DNA of 64,000 bases from an uncultured Verrucomicrobiae bacterium (lineage in GTDB: Bacteria; Verrucomicrobiota; Verrucomicrobiia; Limisphaerales; Palsa-1400): positions 71,877 to 135,876 of the forward strand of contig CAVPOM010000002.1 in assembly GCA_963707025.1 (NCBI GenBank), read 5' to 3'. The position numbers and the translations under genes are program-made. Positions 1 through 10,880 of the stretch are shown here, in pieces; the stretch's first letter is position 1; each line of letters starts with the position of its first letter. The notes under the pieces were generated by a model. It was not told the DNA's origin. It ran no database searches and saw nothing but the letters and a program-made list of their open reading frames with translations.

Positions 1-1108
1 GGTTTCTCCGGAACTGACCGGCGACTGGGAATTCAAGCTCAACCAGATGTCGCGCGGCAAATTAAAGCGCGAAGATTTCATGAGGGAAATCGCCCAAGCC
101 ACCCGCCAAATCGTGGCCAAGGCCAAAGGCCATGAAAGCGACACCGTGCCGGGCGATTACGGCGAATTAAAAACGCCCTGCCCAAAATGCGGCGGCGTCA
201 TCAAGGAAAACTACAAAAAATTCCAATGCCAGAAATGCGACTTCTTCCTCTGGAAAATCGTGGCCAGCCGCCAGATGGAAAACGCCGAAGTCGAGGAACT
301 CATCGCCAAGCGGGTGGTGGGGCCCTTGCAGGGTTTCCGCGGCAAAACCGGCCGGCCCTTTGCCGCCCTGATCAAACTCACCCCTGAACTCAAGGCCGAA
401 TTTGACTTCGGCCAGCAGCAGGCCCAGGACCAGGCCGCCGCCGACGCCCTCGATTTTACCGGGCGCGTGCCCTTCGGCAAGTGCCCGCACTGCGGCTCGC
501 CCGTTTACGAGGAGGGCATGAGTTACATCTGCGAAAAAAAGGCGCGCCGCCAGGGCTGCGAATTCTGGACGGGCAAGGTCATTTTGAACCGCCCCCTCGA
601 GCCGGCCCAGGCCCAAAAATTATTGGCGACAGGCCGCACCGATTTGCTGGAAAAATTCATCTCCAAAAAAGGCCGGCCCTTCAAGGCCTTTCTCGTCGTC
701 GGCGCCGGCGGCCGGGTCGGTTTCGAGTTCGAGCCGCGCGCCCCGAAAAAACCCGGCGCGGCCGGCGGCCCGGCCGCCCCCGCGGCGCCCGCCGCAAAAC
801 CAGACCTGGCCAAAGCGGCGGCCGTCGCCGTCTGCCCCTTGTGCGGCGGGCGGGTGCTGGAAACGGAGACGCAGTACGTTTGCGAAAAATCCCAGGCCCC
901 AAAAAGGCCGTGCAAGTTCAAGGCCGGCCGGACCATTTTGGGCCAGCCGCTGGACCGCGCCCAGCTCGGCAAATTGTTGACAGAAGGGCGGACCGATCTC
1001 CTGACCGGCTTCATTTCCAAGGCGGGCAAACCCTTCTCCGCCTTCCTGGTGCTGCAGGACGGCGGCAAGGCCGGCTTCGAATTCCCCTCCCGCGGCGAAC
1101 CGTCCTGA
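1..1108 (+). CDS. topB: DNA topoisomerase III, C-terminal part (5' end outside the window)
   Basis: Begins with SPELTGDWEFKL; has Zn-ribbon CPxCG motifs and repeated 'GRTDLL..FISKxGxPFxAFL' topoisomerase C-terminal repeats. Confidence 0.9.
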   Translation, partial: VSPELTGDWEFKLNQMSRGKLKREDFMREIAQATRQIVAKAKGHESDTVPGDYGELKTPCPKCGGVIKENYKKFQCQKCDFFLWKIVASRQMENAEVEELIAKRVVGPLQGFRGKTGRPFAALIKLTPELKAEFDFGQQQAQDQAAADALDFTGRVPFGKCPHCGSPVYEEGMSYICEKKARRQGCEFWTGKVILNRPLEPAQAQKLLATGRTDLLEKFISKKGRPFKAFLVVGAGGRVGFEFEPRAPKKPGAAGGPAAPAAPAAKPDLAKAAAVAVCPLCGGRVLETETQYVCEKSQAPKRPCKFKAGRTILGQPLDRAQLGKLLTEGRTDLLTGFISKAGKPFSAFLVLQDGGKAGFEFPSRGEPS

Positions 1109-1358
1109 GCGCCTTTTGGTTGACACCAAGGCCGCGCGGCATCCTGCCGGGCGTTTCCGCCGGGTCAGACCGGCCCCGTGGAGCGGTTCGAGGCCCCGGC
1201 TTTTTGCCCGCAACACATGCAGGCCGTTGTTGCTGGAAAGGCCGGCGGGTGAACGGGCCGGCGGCGCGGGCCATGATGGGGCCGGACCGGATGGCATGGC
1301 CCTTCCCTGGCATGGGAACACCGGGTCCGCATCGTGTCCACACTAATTATTGGCCGCC

Positions 1359-3141
1359 TCACTCCGGCGCCGGTTTGCGCGGCATCTTCTCCTCCAGCAT
1401 GGCGGCGTTGTAAACAAAGGCGGCCAGGATGGTGGCGGCTTGCTTGAGGTCGTCCGCCTGGATGCGGTCGAAGACGTCCTGGTTGGAGTGATGGGTGCGG
1501 GTTCCGTATTCGAGGGGGTCTTGAATGAATTGGAAGCCGGGCAAACCAATGCTGTCGAACGAAACATGGTCGGTCGAACCGGTGCGGGCGAGGGTGAGGG
1601 TTTCGGCGCCCAGGCTGTGGAAGGGTTCAAACCATTTGGCGAAGATGGGGCGGACGGCTTCGTTCGCTTCCATGTAGATGCCGCGGATTTTGCCCGCGCC
1701 GTTGTCCAGGTTGAAATAAGCGGAGAGCCGGTCGGTACTCGGGGCCGCGGAGGAGAACCGGCGGGGGCGGCCGGTTGGTGGCGGAGGCCCCAGCGGCGGT
1801 TTGGGCGCCGCCCGCGGGGAGGACGCCGCGCAGACCGCGTCCGCGTCCCCGGCCCGGCGGGGCGTTGGTGCCGTAAGAGCCAAAATGGCTGGCGACATAG
1901 GCTTTGGAACCGAGCAGACCTTCTTCTTCGCCGGTCCAAAGGGCGACGCGGATGGTGCGGCGGGGTTGCAAATGGGCGGCTTGGAGGATGCGCACCGCTT
2001 CCATGGCGGCGACGGCGCCGACCCCATTGTCGGTCGCGCCGGTGGCGGATTGCCAGGAGTCCAGGTGGCCGCCCAGCATGACGATTTGATCCTGCAAGTC
2101 CGTGCCGGGAATCTCGGCGATGGTGTTGCAGGACATCGGGTCCTCGTAGTGATATTTGACCTTCAAATCCACCTCCATTTTTAGTTCGACGCCTTGTTGG
2201 AGCATGCGGACCAGGCGGTTGTAATCCTCGGCGGCGAGGGTGATTTGCGGGGGCATGGCGGGCGCGCTGACCGAGTAGGCGGCGGGGCCGCGGGTTCCGG
2301 TTCCGGCGGAGTTGGTGCCGGGGGCGGCGGCGCTGGCGACAAAGACGGTTCCGCCGTCGCCGAGCGAGCTTTCATTGACCACCACGCCGACTTTTTCTTG
2401 CTGCAAAAATGCGAGAAGGCGGCCGGGGCTGGGCCGGTTGACGTTGGCTGAGGGCGGTGCTCCCCGGCGGCCGCCGCCGGCGCCCGTCAGGCCGGCCAGG
2501 CGGGCGAGGTTGCTCTCGGACTGGCGTGTGGCGAGCGGTTCAAATCGGGGGAGGAGTTGGCGCATGGGAGACACCAGCACGATGGCGCCCTTCAACCCGC
2601 CTTTGTAGGTGTTGAGATTGTTGGTGGTGACCTCGCCCAGGTAGATGACGCTGGCCGTCAAGGGCCGATCCAGTCCCGGCGACCAGGCTTGGGGACAAGC
2701 GATGAGGGGAAAGACCTGCGGCTCGACGATCTGGGCGGAAAAATGTTTGAGTTCCCAGCCGCGGCCGAAAGGCCCCCACGGCTCGAGATGGGCGTTGGCC
2801 AGGCCCCAACTTTCCAGTTTCATGCGGGTCCATTCATTGGCGCGCCGGGCATTGGGCGAGCCAGTCAGGCGCTGGCCGATGACGTCGGTCAAATAACTCA
2901 AAGTGGCCATGGCCTGGGAATGGTTCAACCCCTCCTCTTTGATCTGCTCGATGGCATCGCTGGAAGCAGGCCGGGCTGGCGGGGCGGCTTGGGCGGCCGG
3001 GCTGGCGGCTCCCTGGGCCGGGGCGAGGGCATTGGGTTCGGCGGGGGCGGCCGGCGGTTTGGTTGTTTGACAGGCGGCCAGGACCAGCGCGGCCAGGAGG
3101 CCGATGGCCAAGGCGGTTTTGGCGGAGAATGATGGTTTCAC
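1359..3141 (-). CDS. M28-family (carboxypeptidase Q-like) lipoprotein peptidase, one frameshift near 1790-1860
   Basis: Lipobox LAAC and motifs [20 protein letters not shown] in ORF 1627..3399; C-terminal NLDNG, TDHVSF, HHSNQD in ORF 1359..2027. Confidence 0.85.
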
Positions 3142-3280
3142 AGGGAGATTTCCTTCCAGACGCTGAGATGGCCAATGGCGGCGAACACGAGGATGGGTTG
3201 TAGCAGATAATGAAATTGGCACAACAGGTTTTTTCGGGGGAATGGTGAATTTTGAATTGCGAATATGAGAGCGGACCGGG

Positions 3281-3314
3281 TGGGACTTATGGGACTTATG
3301 GGACTTATGGGACG
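3281..3314. repeat. Tandem 9-mer repeat (GGGACTTAT)
   Basis: Three full copies and one partial copy seen directly. Confidence 0.85.
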
Positions 3315-3380
3315 GATCAGGCGGCGCTTTTGGCGGCGGGAAGTGGTCTCCCTTGCCCTGCCCCCCCTGCCCTCCTGAAC

Positions 3381-3436
3381 TGAAATTAGCTGAAATCAAG
3401 TGAAACTAGGTGAAACCAGGTGAAATTAACTGAAAT
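3381..3436. repeat. Tandem degenerate 10-mer repeat (TGAAA-N5)
   Basis: tgaaattagc tgaaatcaag tgaaactagg tgaaaccagg tgaaattaac tgaaat. Confidence 0.8.
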
Positions 3437-3878
3437 TTTGGGGCTGGCGGCGCGCCCCGTCCGATTCGCTGTTTCTCAATTTGGGACACGCGCAGGGCTT
3501 GGTCGCGGCGGTGGCATCCCCTGCCCCATCGGTGTCGCGGCTGGCATGTTCCGTCCCGACTAATGTTAAATTAGGGTTCATGGGACTATTAAACCACGGA
3601 TTTGAAAAAGCGACTGCCCACCGTGGGTACAAAATCGCATGCCGAACAACGGGGTCTTCGACCCCAATAAAAGCCTTGTCAACACCCGGTCAAAGTGGTT
3701 TTGCCCCCAAACAAGTGGATTTGCAAAAGTGAAAATAGTTTGGGGGAAAGGCGGTTTTGCCTGCCGTGGGGCGCTGATTTTTGACGGAGGAACAGGGGGC
3801 GACGGTCATAGACGGCCGCTACAGGCGGCGGGATTTTGCAGACTCGCGCAATGGCGGGGCGCGGGTTAGGTTGAGGGG

Positions 3879-4325
3879 ATGAGCAGCAAGACGGAAAAAA
3901 TTGCGGGGATACTGAGGGGGTTGGAGTTGGCAGAGCCGGAGGAAAAGGGGGTGGACCGGCTTTATGCGGGGTATTTTGAGTGTTTTAACCGGGGGCTTTT
4001 TTATGAGGCGCATGAGGTGCTGGAATCTCTCTGGCTGGCGCAACGGGGCGGTCCGAACGGGCTTTTTTACAAGGGGCTGATCCAGTTGGCGGGGGCGTTG
4101 GTTCATTTGCGCAAGGACCGGCGAGGGCCGGCGGCGGCGTTGTTGAAGCTGGCGCGGCGGAATTTGCAGGGGTATCCGGCGGCGCATGAGCGGCTGGACG
4201 TGCGGGAGGTTTTGGCTCTGATTGAACGCTGGCTGAACAAACTGGAGCAGGAGGGCGTCAATCCGCTGACGGAAGAGGGGCGGCCGAGGGTGGAGTTGTT
4301 GCGGGGGTTGGATCAAAAGGAATAA
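3879..4325 (+). CDS. DUF309 family protein
   Basis: FYEAHEVLExLW and YKGLIQLA motifs. Confidence 0.85.
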   Translation: MSSKTEKIAGILRGLELAEPEEKGVDRLYAGYFECFNRGLFYEAHEVLESLWLAQRGGPNGLFYKGLIQLAGALVHLRKDRRGPAAALLKLARRNLQGYPAAHERLDVREVLALIERWLNKLEQEGVNPLTEEGRPRVELLRGLDQKE

Positions 4326-5026
4326 TGCACGCCGGGGTAGAGCCACTGAATGGCCTGGTGGTAGAGGAGCCGGGCCAGGGGTCCGAAAAGTTGCCAGGCC
4401 AGGATCATCCCGACGAAGGAGACTCCGGGTGAACGCAGCAAGGCGGTGTAACGGGCGGCGGCGGCATCGGAAAGACAGAGGAGCGGCAGGCTGGAGCCGT
4501 CGAGGGGAGGCAGGGGGATGAGATTGAAGGCGAAGAGAAGGAGGTTGAGATAGAAGAAGACGCTGAGCAGGACGGCGGCCAGTTCGCAGAGGCCGGGGCG
4601 ATTGGCGGAGACCAGGCGGGTGGCGTTGCTGATCTGTTCCGGAGCGTTAAACCAACCGAGGTGGAAGCCGAGGCGGATGAGAAGGGCGGCGGACAAGCAG
4701 AGGAAGAGGTTGGAGACCGGCCCGGCCAGGGCCATGAGGGCGGCGCGAGGGGGGTGGCGACGAGCCCATTCCGGGTCGTAGGGCGCGCTGGCCCAACCGA
4801 TCATCCAGCCGCCCATGATGAAGGAGAGGATGGGGATAATAACCATGCCCAGAGGTTCGCGGCGGATGTGGGGGACGGGATCCAAGGTGACCTGGCCGCC
4901 GCGGCAAGCGGTGTCGTCGCCCAACTTTAAGGCGACCACGGCATGGCTGGCTTCGTGCAAGGTGGTGGAGAACAGAAAAGCGAGATACCAGGCGGCGCCG
5001 TTGAAGAGGGTGATTTCCGGGGACAT
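4313..5026 (-). CDS. Site-2 protease (M50 family)
   Basis: HEASH, ALAGPVSN and FNLIPLPPLDG motifs; hydrophobic segments. Confidence 0.9.
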   Translation of the reverse strand: MSPEITLFNGAAWYLAFLFSTTLHEASHAVVALKLGDDTACRGGQVTLDPVPHIRREPLGMVIIPILSFIMGGWMIGWASAPYDPEWARRHPPRAALMALAGPVSNLFLCLSAALLIRLGFHLGWFNAPEQISNATRLVSANRPGLCELAAVLLSVFFYLNLLLFAFNLIPLPPLDGSSLPLLCLSDAAAARYTALLRSPGVSFVGMILAWQLFGPLARLLYHQAIQWLYPGVHYSF

Positions 5027-5068
5027 GGTTTGAACTGGCCGCCTGGCGGAGGCGGATGGCCAATGGAT

Positions 5069-6031
5069 TTACAGGGCCGGGGTTGGCGGCGGAGGAGAGG
5101 CCGGGGGCTTGCGTTGGAAGAATTTTTTGAAAAAGGCGGCGACGGCGATGAGGCCGATGATGATGAATTTCTTGGCGGCGAGGATCGCGACCAAAAGGAT
5201 TTTGAAAAAGCCGGCCTTGGCGGCAATGCCGCCCAGGACCAGGGCGGCCAGGCCATAGGCGGCGACTTTGTCGGTGGAGTGGTTGAAATCGGCGTAGCGG
5301 TTGCCGTCGGTGAAATCCACCATTTTGACGACGTCGGGGGTTTGCTGCTGGATTTGGGGGAAGATAGACATGGGAGCGACGGCGTTGAGGACCAGGACGC
5401 CGCGACGGCCCAGGACGCGGATGTTATAGTTGAGGGTGTTGTGGGTGGAGTCGCCGAAGTGAATTTCCTTGGCCCAATACATTTTGTGGGTGTCCTTGTC
5501 ATAGACGGGAGGAGTGGCCCAGCCGATTAACTCGATGGAGGGGTAGTGTTGTTCGACGCGGGCCTGGCTGGCCTGGCGCGTGGCCTTCTGCATTTGTTGG
5601 AGAAGGCTGGCGTAATCAATCTTGGTCGCGTCGGAGTCTTTGACGTAGCCATCGTTGTCGTAGGTAATGACGACGGCCCAGGAGGAAGGCGCCAGGACGC
5701 TCGTGTCGGCGGGCACAATCATGCCGAGCGGTTTTGCGCCGGGCGGATTTCCCCAGATTTTGACGAGAACGGTTTCGGCGTCTTCCGGGGACAAATAGCG
5801 GAAGGCGTCCGGGAGGGAAATGGCGGCCAGGCCGTCCTTGAGGGTAATCTTGCCCTGTTGGAAGTGAAGATTGGATTCCAGGGTTTTGAGGGCCAGCAGG
5901 CGGGCCAGCAGATTGGTGTCGGTCTGGGCCGGGGCCGGCAAGGCAAGGCCGGCCAGGATGAAAGCCAGAGCGGCCAGACGGGCGAATCTGGGGGCCATGG
6001 CGGAGCGGGCCTTAAGGGGGTGGGATGGCAT
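5069..6031 (-). CDS. DUF2167 family membrane-anchored protein
   Basis: Signal peptide; WGNPP, LNYNIRVLGRRGVLVLNAVA and YADF...DKVAAYGLAAL motifs. Confidence 0.85.
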   Translation of the reverse strand: MPSHPLKARSAMAPRFARLAALAFILAGLALPAPAQTDTNLLARLLALKTLESNLHFQQGKITLKDGLAAISLPDAFRYLSPEDAETVLVKIWGNPPGAKPLGMIVPADTSVLAPSSWAVVITYDNDGYVKDSDATKIDYASLLQQMQKATRQASQARVEQHYPSIELIGWATPPVYDKDTHKMYWAKEIHFGDSTHNTLNYNIRVLGRRGVLVLNAVAPMSIFPQIQQQTPDVVKMVDFTDGNRYADFNHSTDKVAAYGLAALVLGGIAAKAGFFKILLVAILAAKKFIIIGLIAVAAFFKKFFQRKPPASPPPPTPAL

Positions 6032-6038
6032 GATGAAT

Positions 6039-6587
6039 TCAAGCCGGCATCATGCCGGTTTTGCGGGCGTAATTGAACAGGCCGCCGGCATCCACCACGG
6101 CGCGGACATCGCCAAGGGGTTTGAAGGGAAGGGTTTTGCCGGTCCGGGCAATGGTCAGGGCCGCGTGGTCCAAATCCACGGTGATGACCTCGCCGGTGTG
6201 CAAGGCGTCGCAGAGGCGCTCGGGGCATTCGCAGGGATAAAGCTCGCCAGTGGCCACCGAGTTGCGGAAGAAAATGCGGGCGAAGCTTTCGGCCAGGACG
6301 ACGTGGCAGCCGGCGGAGCCCAGGGCGATGGGAGCGTGCTCGCGGGAGCTGCCGCAGCCGAAATTGCGGCCGGCCACGACGATGGGATAGCCGCTTGGGA
6401 GCTGGCCATCCGTGATGAAGCGGACCGGGTAAAGGGAGTCGGGCAAACCGGCGAAGGCGTGGCTGCCCAGTTTCCTGTATTCGGCCGGGATGGTGGGGAC
6501 CAGGTTGAGGTATTGCGCGGAGATGATTTGGTCGGTGTCAATGTTGTCGCGCACGACGTAAACGGGGCCGGTAAAAACAGATTGCAT
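6039..6587 (-). CDS. leuD: 3-isopropylmalate dehydratase small subunit
   Basis: [20 protein letters not shown] and SFARIFFRN motifs. Confidence 0.9.
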   Translation of the reverse strand: MQSVFTGPVYVVRDNIDTDQIISAQYLNLVPTIPAEYRKLGSHAFAGLPDSLYPVRFITDGQLPSGYPIVVAGRNFGCGSSREHAPIALGSAGCHVVLAESFARIFFRNSVATGELYPCECPERLCDALHTGEVITVDLDHAALTIARTGKTLPFKPLGDVRAVVDAGGLFNYARKTGMMPA

Positions 6588-6667
6588 GGGGGAAGTGTGC
6601 CGGAAGGGGGCGGAAACTCAAGGATGTTGTTGAGGGATGGGACTGATCGAAGCCGCCTTTCCATGAA

Positions 6668-6722
6668 CCCTCACCTCACCCCAACCCTCTCCCCTCCCAT
6701 CGGATGGGAGCGGAGAGGGAAC
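6668..6722. repeat. REP-like intergenic palindrome
   Basis: ccctctcc-cctcccatc-g-gatgggagc-ggagaggg hairpin. Confidence 0.6.
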
Positions 6723-6861
6723 AGGAGACGGCCACAAATTATTCCACGGAGGTTTGTCGAGCAGCGGCAGGTTCATAGTCCCGCTGCACGCTTTGATGAG
6801 AATGAAGGCAGATATTAATCCTCCTCCACCCCTCTCCAAAGTAAAAATGAAACCTGTAAAA

Positions 6862-7719
6862 CTAGCGGCGCTTGCCGTGCCAAAAATCAACAATCTCTTT
6901 CCATTCCCCCGGCGTCCGTTGCGTCACCGTCCCATGATTGGCCTCGGGAAGCTCCCAGATTCGTTTTGGTCCGGCATACCCTTCATAGAGACGCCGGCCA
7001 AATTTCTCCGGCACAACCTTGTCCATCCCCCCCACAAATATACCCACCGGTCCCTGATACCGACGCAAATAATCTTCCGATGGAAACTTTTCCACCAGCA
7101 GCCAATTGACCGGCAGGATGCGAACATGATACTGCGCCACGTCCGCCAGCCGGTTATAGGGCGCGAACAAAACCACCCCCGCCACCTTCCCGGGATAAGT
7201 TCCAGCAAGATACGCCGCGACCCCCGTGCCCAGCGATTCGCCCACCAGATATACCGGCCCGTTCGTCCCGAGCAGCCGCAATCCCTCGTCCGCCGCGCGA
7301 AACAAACTGTCTTGGCTCGGCTCCCCCGGCCGATCCGCATACCCCGGATACTCCAGGATGAACACATCCAGCGCCGCAGCCTTTTGGATCACATCAGCGT
7401 AGCGTGCGCAACCGGTCGCGCAACTGCCATTGCCATAGACCAGCATGACCCGGCCCTCCGCCGGCTGGGTCGGCGACAACCGTTTCATCCCCACCGCTTC
7501 GCCGGCAGGATTCTTCCAACGTTCCAGCTTGGCGGCTTTGGCAAAATCATCCACCTGTTTGGCCGTGAACACAGGGGGAAAATAAATAAGCCGGCGTTGC
7601 CAGGAGGCGCAACCCACACAGGCCGCCAAGTAGAGCGCGGCACAAATGAAGAGAGGCAGCCGAAGACGTTTTCCCAGGGCCGGCTTCGAGCCTTCGCATG
7701 ATTGGCTCATGAGGGCCAC
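6862..7719 (-). CDS. Alpha/beta hydrolase
   Basis: N-terminal TM segment, EYPGY, GESLG nucleophile elbow, D-x-VVP and NH catalytic residues. Confidence 0.85.
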   Translation of the reverse strand: MALMSQSCEGSKPALGKRLRLPLFICAALYLAACVGCASWQRRLIYFPPVFTAKQVDDFAKAAKLERWKNPAGEAVGMKRLSPTQPAEGRVMLVYGNGSCATGCARYADVIQKAAALDVFILEYPGYADRPGEPSQDSLFRAADEGLRLLGTNGPVYLVGESLGTGVAAYLAGTYPGKVAGVVLFAPYNRLADVAQYHVRILPVNWLLVEKFPSEDYLRRYQGPVGIFVGGMDKVVPEKFGRRLYEGYAGPKRIWELPEANHGTVTQRTPGEWKEIVDFWHGKRR

Positions 7720-7764
7720 TATAGCAGGAACCGAATTCCCTGCACAATTGCCATCCGGGGGCCG

Positions 7765-8865
7765 TTATTTTGGCGGGGTGGCCAGCCAGGACTGCAATTG
7801 GCGGTGGCGCTCGGGGAGAGGGAGTTTGGCCAGGCGGGCGACGGCCTGGTAAAAATGTTCCAGGTCGCCGGCGTTGGCGTGGAGGAGGGCGTCGAAGGCG
7901 GGCAGGAGGTCGTAGTAGGCGGAGACGGTGTCGAGCTTGGCGTTGTTGATGGGTTCGGCGAACCAATCATCGAAAGGGGATTGGCCGCCCCAGGAGGCTT
8001 TCAGCTCGGAGTGCCTGGCGCGGAGTTGGGCGATGATGTCCTGTTTGCGGGAGAGTTTGGCGGTGTCGGATAAATTGGGGTTGTCATAGAGGGCCTGCAA
8101 TTGGCCGCGGGCGGCCACGATCAGGTCAACGAATTGATGGTCCTTGGCCAAACCGGCGCAGTAATGGTCGTAGGCCTGGGGCGGGGAGCCGGCCAGAAGC
8201 CAGCGGCGCACGCCCTCGGAAGCCACGGCGGTGGCGAAGGCTTCATTGAAGTCGGTGTCGCCGGGGACAAAGAGGCGGCGGTGAGTCAGTTCGTGGAAAA
8301 TAATTTCCGCGAGATAGGAGTCGGGTTCGTTTACGAAGGTGTTGAGAATGGGGTCTTTGAACCAGCCGAGGGTGGAGTAGGTTTCGATGCCGTCCACATA
8401 GACATCCCAGCCTTCTTTGGCAAAGGCCGCGGCATAACGGCGGGCGGGCGCTTCGTGGAAATAGCCGCGGTAGCTGGCGCGGCCGATGATGGGGAACCAC
8501 CAGGTCTTGGGTTCGAGGGAAAGGGCGGGAGCGATGTTGACGTTCCAGACGACGAAGGGGCGGTGGAGGTCGGTGTATTTGAGGTAGCTTTGGCCGGCGG
8601 GGAGGTGGAGTTGTTGGGCGGCGAATTGGCGGATTTGGAGGATGGTCTCGAATTTGGTTTTGAGCGGGGCCGGTGTTTTTGGATCGGTGAGGAGCTTGGG
8701 GATGGATTGACGATGGAGGAGGATTTGGCACTGGCCGGCCACGGCCTGCGGGTAGTAGCAGAGGGTCTGGCAGCCGGAAAGGGCGGCGGCCAGCAAGGCG
8801 CCGGCCAGCCCGCCAAGGCAACGGCGGAGAGTGGACCGGCGCGAACGGAACGGGGTGGGATCCAA
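7765..8865 (-). CDS. Putative zinc aminopeptidase lipoprotein
   Basis: Lipobox LSGC; WWFPIIG, YRGYF, YSTLGWFKDP, HELTH and FNEAFA motifs; start uncertain. Confidence 0.85.
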   Translation of the reverse strand: MDPTPFRSRRSTLRRCLGGLAGALLAAALSGCQTLCYYPQAVAGQCQILLHRQSIPKLLTDPKTPAPLKTKFETILQIRQFAAQQLHLPAGQSYLKYTDLHRPFVVWNVNIAPALSLEPKTWWFPIIGRASYRGYFHEAPARRYAAAFAKEGWDVYVDGIETYSTLGWFKDPILNTFVNEPDSYLAEIIFHELTHRRLFVPGDTDFNEAFATAVASEGVRRWLLAGSPPQAYDHYCAGLAKDHQFVDLIVAARGQLQALYDNPNLSDTAKLSRKQDIIAQLRARHSELKASWGGQSPFDDWFAEPINNAKLDTVSAYYDLLPAFDALLHANAGDLEHFYQAVARLAKLPLPERHRQLQSWLATPPK

Positions 8866-8867
8866 GT

Positions 8868-9785
8868 TCAGTTGACGCCCAGGGCTTTCTTTACGGCCGG
8901 CTCCAAGGCTGGGCCGCGGATGGCCTCGCCTTTGGCGATGATTTTGCCGGAGGCATCGAGGAGGAAGGCAGCGGGGATGCTCTGGATGCCATATTTGACA
9001 GCCAACTGATTGGTCCAGTATTGGCCGTCGAAGTATTGGCGCCAGGGCATGTTGTGCTCCTTGGTGAAGCTGATCAATTTGTCCTTGTCGCCCTCGCGAT
9101 CGAGGCTGATGCCGATGATCTCGAAGCCCTTGTCGTGATACTTCTGGTAAACGGCGGCAACATTGGGGACTTCCCCGACGCAGGGGCCGCACCAAGTGGC
9201 CCAGAAATCAAGCATGACCACCTTGCCCTTGTAATTGGCGATGGCGAGCGGCTTGCCGTCCAGGTCCTTGACATCGAAATCGGGGAAGGTGGCTTGGATG
9301 GCAAGGGAGTCCTGAATTTTTCTGGCCTCTGCGCCCTTCTTGATGCTGGCGAGCATTTGGCCGGCCTTTTTGGCCGACGCGGAATCGGGGAAGTCGCGCT
9401 GGAGTTGCATGAGCATCTCGGTGGCTTTGTCGGACTGCTTGAAAACGACTTGGTAAAGCGCGGCCTTCATGAAAGCAATGTTGGCCACGTCGTCGTTGGT
9501 TTCGCCTTTGTGCTTGGCCAGGAGGGCGTCGAACTGCTTGAGGTGGTCGGCCTGGTCGGCTTCGGCGAGCTTGCCCTCTCTCAGGCTGGCGTTGATGCTG
9601 GCGAGCAAGTCCTTCATTTCGGCGGCGGCGGTGCTGGGGGCGGCGGGCGGTGGAGTTGCGCTTTGCGCCGGGGTTTCGGTTTGCTGCCATTCGGTCGCCG
9701 CAGGGCCGGGATCGGCGGCGCGGACGCGAAAAGCAGGAAGGAAAAGGGCGGCGGCGGCCAGTATGAGGAGCGGTCTGTATTTCAT
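8868..9785 (-). CDS. TlpA-family disulfide reductase
   Basis: Signal peptide; DFWATWCGPC. Confidence 0.9.
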   Translation of the reverse strand: MKYRPLLILAAAALFLPAFRVRAADPGPAATEWQQTETPAQSATPPPAAPSTAAAEMKDLLASINASLREGKLAEADQADHLKQFDALLAKHKGETNDDVANIAFMKAALYQVVFKQSDKATEMLMQLQRDFPDSASAKKAGQMLASIKKGAEARKIQDSLAIQATFPDFDVKDLDGKPLAIANYKGKVVMLDFWATWCGPCVGEVPNVAAVYQKYHDKGFEIIGISLDREGDKDKLISFTKEHNMPWRQYFDGQYWTNQLAVKYGIQSIPAAFLLDASGKIIAKGEAIRGPALEPAVKKALGVN

Positions 9786-9962
9786 AAAAGATCCTTGGCT
9801 TAAATCGTTTTGAAAATATTCAACGAAGGAACAAAGCATGAGGCGGGGCGGATAGCAAGTCTGATTGTCGCATTAGAGATTAGGAGGCGGAAACGGCTGC
9901 TGAGAGGATTGACATGCTCCCTGGGTCGGTTTGCGAAGGCGCAAGGCGGCGGCGTGGAAGGG

Positions 9963-10469
9963 TCAGGGCTTGGCGACCCGGAGGACGGCGCCCAGAAGTT
10001 CCACGGGCACCCGCTCGGTGTGGCGGCCGGCGGGTTTGGCGGCAGGGATGGGCGGGACCAGAAGGTCCACTTCGCCGCCATCCAGGCCCAGATGGCCGTC
10101 GCGCGGCTCGCAGCAGGATTGCATCTCATTCCAGATAGTCTTGACGGACTCGGGAGCGTGCTCGGGCTTGGCGTGGCTGGCCCAGGTGAAAATCTCGATA
10201 AACCGGGTCTGGCCGCCGCTTTCCTTGTCGCGGATAATCACGTGGGGTTGGGCGGCGGAAACCATGCCCTCCTTTTGATAGATGGCCCAGGCGCGCGCCA
10301 GGGCGTTTTGCAGTTGCGTTTCCTGGCCGGCTTTGACGTGATAGGTGACAATGACCGTTTCCGGGGGATCGGGCTTGACCGGCGGAGTGCGCTGGGAATG
10401 GCGGCCGGAGGTGGAACAGGCGGTCCATGAGACGAGCAAAAGGGCGAAGAGGAGCGGGGCAATTTTCAT
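9963..10469 (-). CDS. Hypothetical lipoprotein
   Basis: Signal peptide ending WTAC; same strand as neighbouring genes. Confidence 0.6.
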   Translation of the reverse strand: MKIAPLLFALLLVSWTACSTSGRHSQRTPPVKPDPPETVIVTYHVKAGQETQLQNALARAWAIYQKEGMVSAAQPHVIIRDKESGGQTRFIEIFTWASHAKPEHAPESVKTIWNEMQSCCEPRDGHLGLDGGEVDLLVPPIPAAKPAGRHTERVPVELLGAVLRVAKP

Positions 10470-10616
10470 AAGGGTGGTGCAATGGCCATAATGTCAACGG
10501 CGCCTACGAGGGAAAAGAAAGGGCCAGATGGGAGAGGAGGCAAGGAAAAAGTGGCGGACATGGGCATGGCACAATCACTGGCTTGATAAACTGATGGCAA
10601 AGGATAGACTCAAACC

Positions 10617-10856
10617 ATGATAACGGCATTGGAACTCAAGGAACGCATGGATATGCACCCGTTCAAGCCATTCCGCATTTGCATGTCCGACGGCAAGACC
10701 TACGACATCACCAATCACGATATGATGTTTGTCAAGCGAAATGCGGTCCTCATCGGAATGGAGCTTGACAGCCACTCCATCGCGGAACGTTTGGTAGAAT
10801 GCGCCCTGCTTCATATCACCCGGGTTGAGGACATGCCGACGGCGCAAGCCGCCTGA
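10617..10856 (+). CDS. Small hypothetical protein
   Basis: PFKPFRIxMSDGKTYDI pattern that I recall from small PVC-group proteins (not verified). Confidence 0.65.
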   Translation: MITALELKERMDMHPFKPFRICMSDGKTYDITNHDMMFVKRNAVLIGMELDSHSIAERLVECALLHITRVEDMPTAQAA

Positions 10857-10880
10857 GGATCCGTTCCTGGCGGTTGGGCT

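Noticed and set aside
1359..3141. Programmed frameshift in the M28 peptidase (also the IS1 transposase, adhesin and GMK-like gene)
   Set aside because: No clear slippery site; single indels are scattered across unrelated genes, so sequencing error or decay is more likely
3281..3436. Short tandem repeats as a CRISPR array
   Set aside because: Units are 9-10 nt with no unique spacers and no cas genes
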